Positions 1 to 11,825 of a DNA stretch of 64,000 nt are shown piece after piece. The notes under the pieces were generated by a model, which did not search any database, was not told the DNA's origin, and saw only the letters and a list, made by a program, of their open reading frames with translations. The position numbers and the translations under genes are program-made. Numbering within the stretch: position 1 is the first letter of the stretch; each line of letters opens with the position of its first letter. The stretch spans positions 434,001 through 498,000 of the forward strand of contig JAQGDQ010000054.1 of assembly GCA_030141605.1 (NCBI GenBank), in the 5' to 3' direction. The DNA comes from Tubiluchus corallicola. Taxonomy: Eukaryota; Animalia; Priapulida.

Positions 1-98
1 ATGTCAGTAAAAAAAATAATATATGTTGTTCTGACAACAGCTGTTTTTGTTACTAAAACAGCAAAGCAGATTAGTGGCACTATAAATATATTGCTTAC

Positions 99-3000
99 CG
101 AACAGTTTGAAGTGTAGCAAGCCGTTTTTGATTTCGCTCTAGTTCAGATTTCTTTTTGTCGATTTTGGTATCAAGGTTTGCTTCGTTAGTAGCAATGTTA
201 TTCAAGAGATCCATGGTCTTTTCTAGGTCAACCTAAAATGCAAACAAAATTAGCATTTATTAATAACACAGAAATGAAGTGTACTAGCCAAACAATAATA
301 GCAACTGAGTAGTGTTAAAAGCAAGGATTACAAAACACATAAATGATACATACTTTAATTTATAAAATCTTCCAAATATTTTGTGTTGTGTGGCATTGTG
401 TGGTGGTGTAGATTAGTGTAGGTGTGATGCTGGTCAAGTGGTGTGACATTGGCAATGTAGTGTTGTACTGGTCATGTGGCGCAGGTGATGTGGTCAGGGT
501 CAACATTGTGGGTTTGTGCTGGATCCGGATTACAAATTAGTGTAAACAAAGTTCATTTTCAGGGTCACTGAGTAATTTTGAAGTACAGTAGTCGCCGCTT
601 AATAGACTCAAAAACGCCTGGAACTGGCCACTTCTATTCAAATATACATAAAAAATATCGCCAATTGACTCAAATAACTTTGCTTAATTGATTCAATATT
701 TTTCCTTCGCCTACTTAAAATAAGACACTTGTACGTGCCCAAACAGCCTTTCCTACTTTTATGTCATCATTACTTCCCTTTTGTGCATTATATATGTAGA
801 AACAATCATGTTAAGTACCATTTTGTTTGTAAACAGGTACGTTTATCATGCGCTAATCTGCTAGTGTAGGGGTTTTGCTTTGAATCTGTTACCCGCTCAC
901 CCACTGTTACCCAAAGAATTTCTGGAAGCTAAAAATTTAATCACTTGCCTAGCAGTTTCCTTCTGATGCTCTAGTTGCAAATCACGCTTTCAGGCTTAAT
1001 GAGTTAATAGTCAAAGATACAGGTACAGTAATCAGCCAGTATTCCTTGTGACTTACAAGAGTAAACATCATAACATCATACAGCAAATAAGGGCATAGAG
1101 TTAAGAAGTTTGAAAAATTGATAAGCGTAAAGATTTAACAGTTAAGGAAAGCCTGCAAACACCACATCACTTATTCAACCCTGTGATCAAGGCATTATTT
1201 GAACACTGAAGGCATACTATAGAAGAGAAATGCGAGCGAGAGTGTTAGAAGCAATGGATTCAGACGATGTCACTGATCAATTAAGCACAAACGACTTAGC
1301 CAAAAAACTAGCTTCCTGAACGCTTTACATTTACTGGCTATGTAATGGAGTAATATTAAGTGAGCGAACTGTTTTAGTAATGCCCAATTCATTTGTGATT
1401 CAATTCCCACTACGTTGCAAGAGATTAGCCGGTTAACATCTGTTCCACCTGGTATGAGCAGCAGCGAGTTTGAGACTTGGTGGAAATTGATTTGGCCATT
1501 CAGGCCACGTCGCAAATAACCGATGACGAAATCATCACCATTGCAAAGACGAGACAAGAAGAACCTAAAGAGGCCACTTGCGAGGAAACAAGGGCACCAC
1601 CAACTGCAGCTCAAGCATGCCAAGTGCTAAATGTTTTACGAGAATACGTGCATCACACAGCAACAGATTTTCAATATTTTTATAACTTTGTGAGGGAACT
1701 TCTTCGCAAGAAAATGAAGCAGCTAACTTTGAAGGAATTTTCGTAATTTTTGCAAATAAACAGACTTGTGTGATTTAGAAAAGTACAATTTTTAATTTAT
1801 TGTCAATTCGCTTATATACATTAATATTTTAAAATATTTTTTTCTAATTTTTAACTGCAATAAGGAATTTAGACATTACTTCGTTTCTAAAATTGATTAA
1901 AAGTCTTTGCAGTGCATAGTAAGCTGATGACTCATACTTCTATAGCAGTAATATAACACCCATCGTTAATAGGATTTAATCGGTTAATTAGGTCAAAACA
2001 CGTCGGTCCTAAAGTGAGTCTATTAAGCGGCGCCTACTGTATAATTTTGAACACTTGAGCAGCACTTCGGTTCTTTATTATATATACTGCAGATAGCACA
2101 ATCTCTACTTGTTGAGTTTAGACTAAAAACTACCAAGCTATGCTTTTACTAGAATGAATATTTACTTTATCAGACATTCTTGCGGCAATAGTGCTATTTT
2201 TGCACTCTATTTTTGGCAAGGAACAACAGCGTGAAGATTGCTGTTGCTGATATTGCATGGCAGCTTAAAAACTAAGGGATGCTCTTGTAAAGTTCTGAAG
2301 ATATATATATATATACATATTTGTGCAATACTTTAATGGAATAAACTGTTCTGTACTATTACTCGTTGTTCTGTACCCCATAGCAAAAGGTTACGTACTT
2401 GCCATGAATTATTCATTTTACGGAATATTATTCGGATTAGATTTCCACTCCGTCAAAATTCTTATTCCCCACAAAATATGCACAGCATGCACAATGAAAG
2501 CCATATATTTGCAAGAAAAGTTCTTGCTCTTCATTTGCAAACTGCCACACGTTTTTCTCTCTATTTAATTACAAATGTGTTATAACTGTCAGTTTCTTAC
2601 TCACTTCTACTGCCTTCATTGTGCTTTTCAGTCCCTGTTCAATGTCATTAATATCAAGTGGTTGTGCGATTGCCGTTGATCGGATTTCCTAAAGCAAAGT
2701 AAAAGTAAAATTTTAATATGGAAAAAATATATCACTGCCTTCAAAACTAATCATCTTCATTAGCATTGCAAGCTCTTCAGCTAGACATATATGCTCCTCA
2801 ATTTGTAGAAAATCACTTGAAAATCGAATTGTAGAAAAGGAATTGTAAGTTTTGTCATGCACGTAAAATAATGCCGAATAGATAAAACAAAAATAAATTA
2901 AAATGAATTAATGAAGCAGTGATCATGATTACAGTGTCAAAAACTGACCCGCAGTTCAACTTCCTTCCCGAGGAGATCATGCAGATAAGCTCCTTTGGCA

Positions 3001-6000
3001 GTAATTTCCGAAGCTAGTTGACGCGACAATTTCAAATCATTAATCTGAAATTTCAAATGCACATAAAGAATTGGCGGTGCCAACAAGATAAGAAACATTT
3101 GTTACCAAAGTATAAAAATGTTAGTGTCAGCCTTTACTAAATCTGTAGCACTTTACATTCTACCACCATAATACTCAAACAACAAAAAATTAACTAGGAA
3201 TCTCAGCCCCATTTTCTAGGCTGCAAGTTTGTCAACAGTGTTCGACAAGAAATCATGGTTTACAGATTGAGTATATTGCTATTTGCAATGAGAATTCTCT
3301 AGTTATACCTGTTAACTTGATATTCGCTGAATTTAGAAGTACAGTAACATCTTGATGTCATGCTAAAAACTGAAATCATTACCATTAAGTTTCGGTCTCT
3401 ATATGTTTTTGAAACTGATAGAAAGTTATCACAAAATGCTTAATGATAATGGTCGTGCTGATAACACCTGACCAGATGATGTCAGACAGATGAACAATGA
3501 CCTGACCAGATGATGTCAGACAGATGAACAATGACTGAAATACATTATTTTGAAAAACCAATGTTCATACAATTAAGTTCTGGCATGTAAAAAAAATATT
3601 TTTTCAATACTTTTTCATTGCTTTTCAAATATACGAATGTCATTCTATGTGTCGCACATTGTAACAAAAGCACAAGCAATAGTAAAAGGTTTCTATAATT
3701 ATCAATCACTTTTCTAAATTAAAAACAAACTATCACACAATCATTCAAAAAAAAATTAAAATCACCTTCCCAGTAATGTCGAATTTGAATTTCGTAGTCA
3801 TGCTGTCCTCATCTGAAGGTGCCTCCTCTCCAATTTTGTTTGTCCTCATTGCATTGTAAAGAACGGATGTGACTTTTAGAAGTTCTCTCACTGCATAACC
3901 ATCGGCTTGATACAGTTTCTTGGTATTTAATTTGATATGCGCTTTAGTGTGCTAACAAAGGAATAATATTAATGTAAGACCTGTGTCAAAATGCAGCAAG
4001 TGTGCAACTAACAAAAACTTTTGCAAAAAACAGTAAATCCTTTTGGAATAATAAAAAAGAGATATCACAGAAATTTCATAGCAACTGTCACATACAATGG
4101 TTATAATATTTCAATAAGCAATGACAACCCACATATATCATATATAATGTAATCAACCACTTGCTAAGGTGTCAATACATATAATACCATATACATAGAA
4201 TTGTCAGGTAATTTCTGAGTTACAAAGTTGAAGTTCAAACACCAACATTAACTTATGATTAATGAATTATGTGACAACATTAAATCTCATTTGTTAAAGA
4301 CTACATGAACGTAAATCCACTATGTAGTGTACAATAAAAAACACATGCATATTAAGTCTGATACTTTGGCTGCAGACTAAATAATTCCTACCTCTACGAA
4401 AATCGAAATTTAATGAAAGTAGTTCATATTCAGACGTCCATAAAATGTACAGACCACAAGGTCCACACGTCTTTCTGTAGAAATTGTCATCATTGCAAGA
4501 AACATGCACAAAATTTAAACAGCATGAAACATTTCAGCATAAATATAAACGAATTAACTTTTTTGGACATTGTCTAGCATTTAATGCTTGAAGTAAAAAT
4601 GGCAACCCTCAACTAACAATACCAACTAAATGCCAAACATACTTTAAGACTCTCTGTAGTTTAAGTGCACGACATGATTACCGTCAAACCACAAACATTT
4701 ACCATAAATTGTGCAACCGATGTGATGAACATAATTCTATCTTGCTGTGTCTCTACATCAGTTAATATGTCAGCATTTGGATCAAAACTGAAAATGACAA
4801 CCATTTCACATACATATAAAACACCCTTACAACTAAACAAGTAGTAAAAAACTATTTAAATTGTTCAGGAAAACAACACAACAGATATATGTTTATAAAG
4901 TAAAAAATGGATCAAAACTTCAAATTTCACTATTATGGTTACTACAAGAAAGAGATAACATTCTAGTCATAAGTATAAAAATTGAAGAGAGCTTATTAAA
5001 AACAAAAACAATAGCCTTGTATCAAAGCTGGGAACATGTATTCTGGACTACGATTAAACTAATACTAGAACTTGATGAAGCTGATGTCCACTCTTGAAAC
5101 AAGATAATAAGATTAGTCTTGAAATTCCCATTTCAGACAAATAAACAAAATATGCCAATGAAAATTATTGTTGACAAAGAAATTCCAATAGTGACTTATG
5201 TTATGATCTCCCTAATTCACTACTTAGGTAATTTCATGTGAAAGTTCAGGATTTTCACTTTCTTTTTTTAGAAAAGGCTTTACCGGTGAACAAGCCACAA
5301 TAGAACTTCTGCAACCAATGGAAAATTTGGAGTACGAAAATTTTCCATGGAAATCAGTCGTGTATACCCCAAAGCTCTCATCATCTCCGTAAAATCTGGA
5401 AAAGTTCAAAAAAATAAAACAAAATCATTATTAGTTAAAGGTGAAGAAAAGAAATTTTAAGGTATGTCCCAAAAAGTTTTCCACACAAAATTATATTAAT
5501 TAGCATTACACTTACCTGATTCAGAGACTTATGTAACTAGAAAAGAATTTTTTGTAATTTAAAATGTTTGCACCAACTGGTAAAGTGTCACTGACTCATC
5601 TTCCCCGTTTGCACCACTGACTCACCAAAAACATATTTCAATCTTACTGACAAGATACAGTAATTTGCACTTTTCCTTGGTTAGTGAAGTGTGCATTACG
5701 AATGACCTGATTATTTTTGTAAACTTTACCCAATGTTATCTAAAGTTTTTTTCAAATGACCTACCATCAAAATGGATGCGTCCAAGATTAAGCTCCCTTA
5801 AATTTTTAAGTTTTATACAGCAACGCTGCTAATACAAGCTCTGTGCACAGTAAAGGAGTATGTAGGTGATAAAAAATTCCAAGACGAATTTTTTTAGCTT
5901 AAGTGAAGGTTTACTTGTGCTACAAATACTGTTAAAAATTCTCACTCTAACTACTACAACAAACAAATTCACACTGCGTATTTGACTGTTAGTTGCACAC

Positions 6001-9000
6001 ACAAAAGTTATACTGTTATACAAGCTAAGGTTGCAATCAAGATTACAAATAATCCAAGTATTATATTGGCTATGTCAATTTTCAGTCAGCTAAACTTTTC
6101 ACCAAGTTTTCAGTTTGATGCAAAAGCAAACCTCAGCCACATGAATTGTAAACAAATTTTTTAAGCTTTGTTAACTTATTGACAAATAAACAGAGATGAC
6201 AATAAATCCAACTCATTTTTTCAACTGTTTGGCTATTACCAAGTTTTGCCATTACTACAAAATTCCAACCACCTTCAGGAAATAATTAAAAAAAAGAATG
6301 AGAAATAACTGACAGTTAGGAAAAAAATATTGTGAATTTTTTCGAGCAGATTGGGAAAAATAGATAAGCTTATTAAGTTTTTCATATTTAATTGGCCCTG
6401 GGAAAAGTTGTTGTAAAGTTGATATTATGATAGACCTTTTGAAAACTAATGAGTTTTCAAAAGGTCTATCATAATATCACTCAATATCATGCTTCTTTAA
6501 GTTAGAACTCACAAAACCACAAAAACTTCAGATAAATTTGTCTAATTTTTTAATGTCCACTCCAAGTTTCGTCAACAATTATTCCGATGATTATTTCAGA
6601 GGAATTTACTTTACTTTACAAGTGTTTTCATCATAGTGTCCAAGAAAACTGTCTGGGCTACTGAATTCAATTCATTATTTTCGAACAGCAAGTATCCACG
6701 TCTTAGGCATTTTCCTTTATCACAAGACTGCTGATTAACAAGATTGGCTACCACCAGTTAAAGATGAACTTAAAAGTACATTTTTAATACTCATATTGTT
6801 CAACTTCTGATCCAAATTATGTTCAAGATTAAAGCATAGAGTATATCATTGACTGCTTTAACACTGCTAGCGTGTAGTTAGTATTGAATGTGAATGTCTC
6901 TCATTGCATTTTTAAATTTGCTAATGTTTTCTGAACTCAGCTATTACATTCCTCAAAAGACAATATATAATCTGACTACATGATGGCAAAAGAAATGTTT
7001 CTGCAAATTAGTTCTTACTCTAGGGCAAAAAGTTTACTAGAATGATCACAAAGCTCATGAAAAAACTCTTCCCATTCAAAATCTTGTGTATATTAACCAG
7101 ATCACATGTAAGCATCTCTGGTCTAAAAAAGAGCTCTAGTCTAAAAAAGACTCAGATGATAAATCAAGAACATGCATTAAATAAAAACAAAACTTCTGAA
7201 TAGCTTGGAGGAAAATAGTTTTTACAGATTAATATTTTTGTACTCAAAACGGACGCTAAATAAAATAAACAGGAACTGTAACTATGGAGTCTTTAAAAGT
7301 GTGTAATTATGTAATATGCTGTGGTGACTATATGGCTGCAGTATATTCCAACCAGACCAAACGAATAAAGCCAAAATGTTCATTTGCCTCTTTTCTAGTT
7401 ATATATAATTATATTAAATCTTTATTTGCTAATGGTTAAAAATCAACACTGCTTAATGGCAAATGCATCTGTTGCAAATTATAGTAATTCCACAAAGTGC
7501 AAGTTAAAATATTAAAATTATAAGTACATACAATAATGAAAAGATACACAGAAGGGCTCATCACCAGAACTTTTATACAATATTAGATCATATAAAATAA
7601 TAAAAAATGCTATACAAAGTTAGTACACAATAATTTAAATAAATTTCACAGAGACTACAATCGAAATAAAATTGACTATGATACCATAAAATTTAACTTG
7701 TGTATCAAAATAATAATAAAAAATATGTTCAGACTGGCATTATACACTGAATAGAATAAGCCTTTTCATAGTTCCACGGATTGACGATGATCGTGAAAAG
7801 GTCAAAGGTTAAGTGTACGAGATAACGCATTTGTATGCACTTGACAACGCCTTACCGCCCATGCTATTGTAATAGTAACAGTTTTAACTGCTAGCTAGAA
7901 TCTTACCTCTTTTTTTCTTGTTGCCATGCAAGATTCTGCTAGCAAATCACTCCACACACAGACTAATGCATAATTAAGTAAAGTCCACGTAAAACAACTG
8001 ACGTTACTGAACTCGTCCCACATATGGCTCTGCTTTACACACACACACACACACGAGTCACGTGATGGTTGTAGTTAAGACGCTTTGCTGTGGTACACTT
8101 AACCTTTGACCTACAGCAACTGCGCGTGCAAACAATGAAACTGTGAAAAGGCATATTATATTTTTCTTAAATCCATAAAACTGATGTAGAATAATACTAT
8201 TGGGGGCTTGGGAAAATGAAAAATGCGCCTGAATGAATGTTATCATTCGAATCTGTCGTTAATATATTTTTTTGCTAATTTTTTAAACAATGTTAACAAT
8301 TTTAAACTAATTGGTTTGTCTGATTTTTACAGGCAGAGCATTCCACAGATATAAAACTTGTTTGGTAAGTAGAAGAGTAAAATAGCCTCTGTGAGATTCT
8401 AAGACGGGAATTTTTAGTGACTTTCTTAATTCAGTAGCCAAGTGCATGTTAGTCTTTAGTGATTTATGTGAAAAGCCAGATATTCATTTAAGTGCATAGT
8501 TCTGCAAGGTATTTAGTTTTATAAAATTCTCTCTTTCACTCTTTGGAAAAGATGGCATCTGTAAAGATAGTGTGGAAGGATCACAGTTTTATAGACTAGT
8601 TAGGCTCTTAGTTAATTGTTTCCTAATTTGGCAAAGGAAAGATATGCTACAGGCCACTTTATTGTAAATGTTATTGAATTCATCATCCAAGCTCAGTTTG
8701 TTGTCCAAACATAAGCCTAGAAAATTTATTGCTTTGGATTATTCAATTGTTGCATTAAATGTACTCAAAGTTTTATTTGATGTACCAAGTGAATTTGAAT
8801 AATTCATTACTAAGATCTCTAAACATGAAAATATTAGAAATGACTACCCCTAGATCTTGAAACCTGGGCTAGAAATCTCGCAAAACATGATATCAATACC
8901 CAGATAATAATGAATGTCATTACCGTAGACCCTGTATATAACTGACATGGCACTGCACATTCTGAATGATTCAACAGGCTTCAATTGCAAAAGCCATAGG

Positions 9001-9250
9001 CCCTATATAAGTTACTACAGATTCAAACACCTTCTGCTGCAAAGGATAGCGCATTTAAACTCAACTTCGATTTCTCTGATAACTAACATCATCCATAAAA
9101 TTTAATATTCTGCAGCATTATTTTTATTTTACTTTATATCAGAAGAACACAATTACATTAATTACAGTAGCGTCTAAAAATTAAAGTATACGGAAATAAT
9201 AAGAAAGTCTATTTAATATAGTGCTTACTTCTGAGATCTCTGTACGACAT
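99..9250 (-). CDS. CLUAP1: Clusterin-associated protein 1 / IFT38 (intraflagellar transport B subunit), 5' part; gene continues beyond the window start
   Basis: Phase-consistent GT-AG exons: 9250-9229 (MSYRDLR), 5395-5284 ([35 protein letters not shown]), 4787-4703 ([28 protein letters not shown]), 3951-3766 ([35 protein letters not shown]...), 3044-2949 ([32 protein letters not shown]), 2688-2605, 232-99 (...[30 protein letters not shown]). The motifs match the CLUAP1 family as I recall it. Confidence 0.96.
586..2039 (+). mobile_element. Decayed, internally deleted pogo/Tigger (Tc1/mariner superfamily) DNA transposon in a CLUAP1 intron
   Basis: 25-bp TIRs (CAGTAGTCGCCGCTTAATAGACTCA ... TGAGTCTATTAAGCGGCGCCTACTG, 1 mismatch) flanked by TA on both sides. 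Internal remnant [24 protein letters not shown] (about 1152-1226) is the DDE_1 motif. ORF 1477-1746 ends in the Tigger-type KQLTLKEF tail. Confidence 0.92.
1152..1746 (+). pseudogene. pogo/Tigger transposase remnant (C-terminal DDE part and tail)
   Basis: QPCDQGII motif followed by several in-frame stops; acidic C-terminal segment with [17 protein letters not shown] and KQLTLKEF. Confidence 0.85.
3466..3535. repeat. Perfect 34-bp tandem duplication
   Basis: ACCTGACCAGATGATGTCAGACAGATGAACAATG occurs twice in tandem. Confidence 0.9.
5530..5900 (+). repeat. Dispersed repeat, copy 1 (copy 2 at about 9670-10030)
   Basis: Shared blocks such as CACCAACTGGTAAAGTGTCACTG / TACCACCTGGTAAAATGGCACTG and AAGTTTTATACAGCA..CTGCTAA..CAAGC.CTGT...CAAGACGAA.TTTTT.AGCTT. 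Boundaries approximate. Confidence 0.7.
6420..6479. repeat. Perfect inverted repeat, 28-bp stem and 4-nt loop
   Basis: TGATATTATGATAGACCTTTTGAAAACT-AATG-AGTTTTCAAAAGGTCTATCATAATATCA. Confidence 0.95.
7755..8157. mobile_element. MITE-like non-autonomous element with imperfect TIRs
   Basis: Left end AATAAGCCTTTTCATAGTT...GGTCAAAGGTTAAGTGTAC is inverted relative to GTACACTTAACCTTTGACC...AACTGTGAAAAGGCATATT. A second copy is split by the LTR element (32339-32482 plus 40137-40205). Confidence 0.75.
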
Positions 9251-9366
9251 ATTCTTGACAGGTACTATCAAAATACCAGCAACAAACAGAAATTAATACA
9301 AGAAAGTAAACATAAAATAACAGAAAATCAATCCAAATGGACTAAGCTGCATGTTCATTACATTAC

Positions 9367-9600
9367 GTGCTCAACAGGAGCAACTACCCGATAAGTTTTT
9401 TAATCAGGCAACAAACGCAGCTCTTCGCTAGAGGGCAGGAAAATATTTCGCAGTCTAGTCTCTCACGCAGTTTAGAGTATTTGTATATTTCTGCGTTAAC
9501 TAACATTAACATTGGCAGTTCACACACACGTAACCTAACCGTTACGCCCCTGATTCAAATGACGTCCCCCATTTTTATTTTTCAACATCCTTTGTTTCAA
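9367..9600 (-). promoter_or_regulatory. Probable CLUAP1 non-coding first exon and promoter
   Basis: Minus-strand acceptor TTTGATAG at 9265 and donor GTAATG at 9366 define a 102-nt 5'UTR intron. Locally CpG-richer, with a TGACGTC motif at about 9560. Confidence 0.45.
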
Positions 9601-9669
9601 AAATTCAATAATTCTGGTGGTAGAATAAGTGCCTTCAAATGTGATTGTAAAACTTGATTTTTACTTATG

Positions 9670-10030
9670 CAACGTTTTCATAAAAAAATCTTAATAAATT
9701 TTAAATATTCGTACCACCTGGTAAAATGGCACTGTATCGATTTCTATCTCAGGGTGACTACTGGTACCGACGATATAAATTAATTTAAACTTTTGCTTAG
9801 TTAGCAAAGAAAGTGCTACGAATTATTTGATTATCCTCTGAGTATTTTTTTCAAACTTTATGCAATGCTATCTAAACTTGTTTCAAACGATTTACCACTA
9901 AATGGCTGTGCTTAAATGTGATAAGATTTAAATTTACAAGTTTTATACAGCATTACTGCTAACGCAAGCCCTGTATGCAATAAGGTGGCATGTAAATGGT
10001 ATAAAATTTCAAGACGAACTTTTTAAGCTT
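9670..10030 (+). repeat. Dispersed repeat, copy 2 (copy 1 at about 5530-5900)
   Basis: Collinear similarity to 5530-5900. Confidence 0.7.
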
Positions 10031-11795
10031 TATTTATGAAGAATTAGTGTTTTTTGTGATTTAAATACTGATATGTGACCATTGCAGAATAAAATTAGAT
10101 TTCATGCATCTAACTTATGTGTATTAACTGGCTCAAGTTTGAATAATTTGAACGTACGACTTCTAGCTGGGTACACCTTCTGACAGTTCCTAGAAGAATC
10201 AGACAATTAGGGACATTTGGGTAGTTCTGGGATTCCCATGTAGGTAACAGCTGAACAAACACAAACTATTTTCATTACCCACCTGAAGTTGTGATTGAGG
10301 AACTTACACTCTCTCCACGCCAAGCATTCTCTATCAGAAAGCGAATTTGAATTGAATAAAATGAATCGAATTGTGACTTTCGAGTTAGCATGAAACCGAA
10401 TTTCAGCATTTTTAAATTTAAATCTAATTGACTTTTAAAGATTTTCGAATGCATTTTCGAATCCCTAATAAAAATCAGTCTCTCATCATGCATTATTATT
10501 ATTATTATTTATTCAAAACATTAATTTCCTTTGCTCAGTCTGGTGACCAGCTTTTACCTACATCAGATGATAAAAGGGACCTTGTGTGAAAAATACTCAT
10601 TTTTTTCAGTAATTTTGTGGGAGAGACGTCGGCCTGGTTTTTAATTAAACGAATACGTGGAAGTGTATATAGTCTAGTATATTCTTTATAGAGAAAGGTG
10701 CATAACGCTTAAGTCTACGAGTTGATAATTAGAATGGTTTGCTGCTACTGAAACATATAATTTAGACTAAATTTTGACTTTTAACAAAAACCGCATAACC
10801 ATTGGTTTAAAAGGAGTGGCCACCCAAATAAAATTTATTCAATTCACAAGATTTGTCGCAATTACATAGTTACTTCTTATAACAGCAGTAAACCTAATTA
10901 TAGATACACATCAGCACATAACCATAAAAAACTATTAAAGAAAGGGAAAAAAATTCACCTAACGAATTAGGCGGACCATTTGACGTCTGCTTATAGTAAA
11001 AGCGACCGTCAAATGCTCGCCTGTACAAGGGTGACGAAGGAATTTATAGCTTCGGAATGAAGCCCGTATGAATAATTCAAGGTTAACCTAATTGAATGAC
11101 TGGCTGGCAATACAAATTTTCGGATGGCCCTTAATTGTGGGTGGTACCTTGTTAATACAAATTTGTGCTTGACAAGCAACAGGCAATTTCATGTTGCATT
11201 CATGTAGGCATTAAGCATTTACTTTGTCTAGTGTTATTCTATGGATCATCGTGTTCATTTGTTCAGTAGTAAAAAAAAATTTTGATTGGCCCCTCATGGC
11301 ATACTCAGCGGCTACTCATAGTGGGGCAGTAGATGGGCATGGAGCATTTCATGAAACCACTCCCAAAAAGGCATGTTTGCTTAAATGTGCTTTTGTTCAA
11401 ATGTAATGTTTTTAATATCACAATACTACGACATTACACGACTTACAATAGTGCAATGTAGATAATGACAGTGATTATTAAAGCAGCACATTGCATCATT
11501 TTTGTACGTCCCATTGGTGATAGAGTGTGACCCCGTCTCATTTAACCATAGCCAAAAAACATGTTAACGCTAGGCTTTTTGCATGTCTTTTTTAAATTTT
11601 ACCAGCTTAAATCTTTCCAGTATATGCGATGAATAATGTATATCATCTGTTCATGAGATAAGACACTCAAGCAGTGTACTCATTCACAAATGGAGTACTT
11701 TAATTGCTTACAGTAAATGTCATATATAAGTTAGTCTTAGCAACTGGGTCATTCTGTGAGTGTCTAATGTCATCAATCCTAGTTTACCTAATCTG

Positions 11796-11825
11796 GTTGC
11801 CACGGTTACTGCTTACCTTAGCAAC
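11796..11825. promoter_or_regulatory. Two adjacent RFX X-box-like motifs upstream of CLUAP1
   Basis: GTTGCCACGGTTAC and CTTACCTTAGCAAC resemble GTTRCCATGGYAAC; CLUAP1 is a ciliary gene. Confidence 0.35.

Noticed and set aside
9251-9275. Trans-splice acceptor before the CLUAP1 ATG (similarly before the GAMT ATG)
   Set aside because: Plausible cis donors exist 100-230 nt upstream in both genes.
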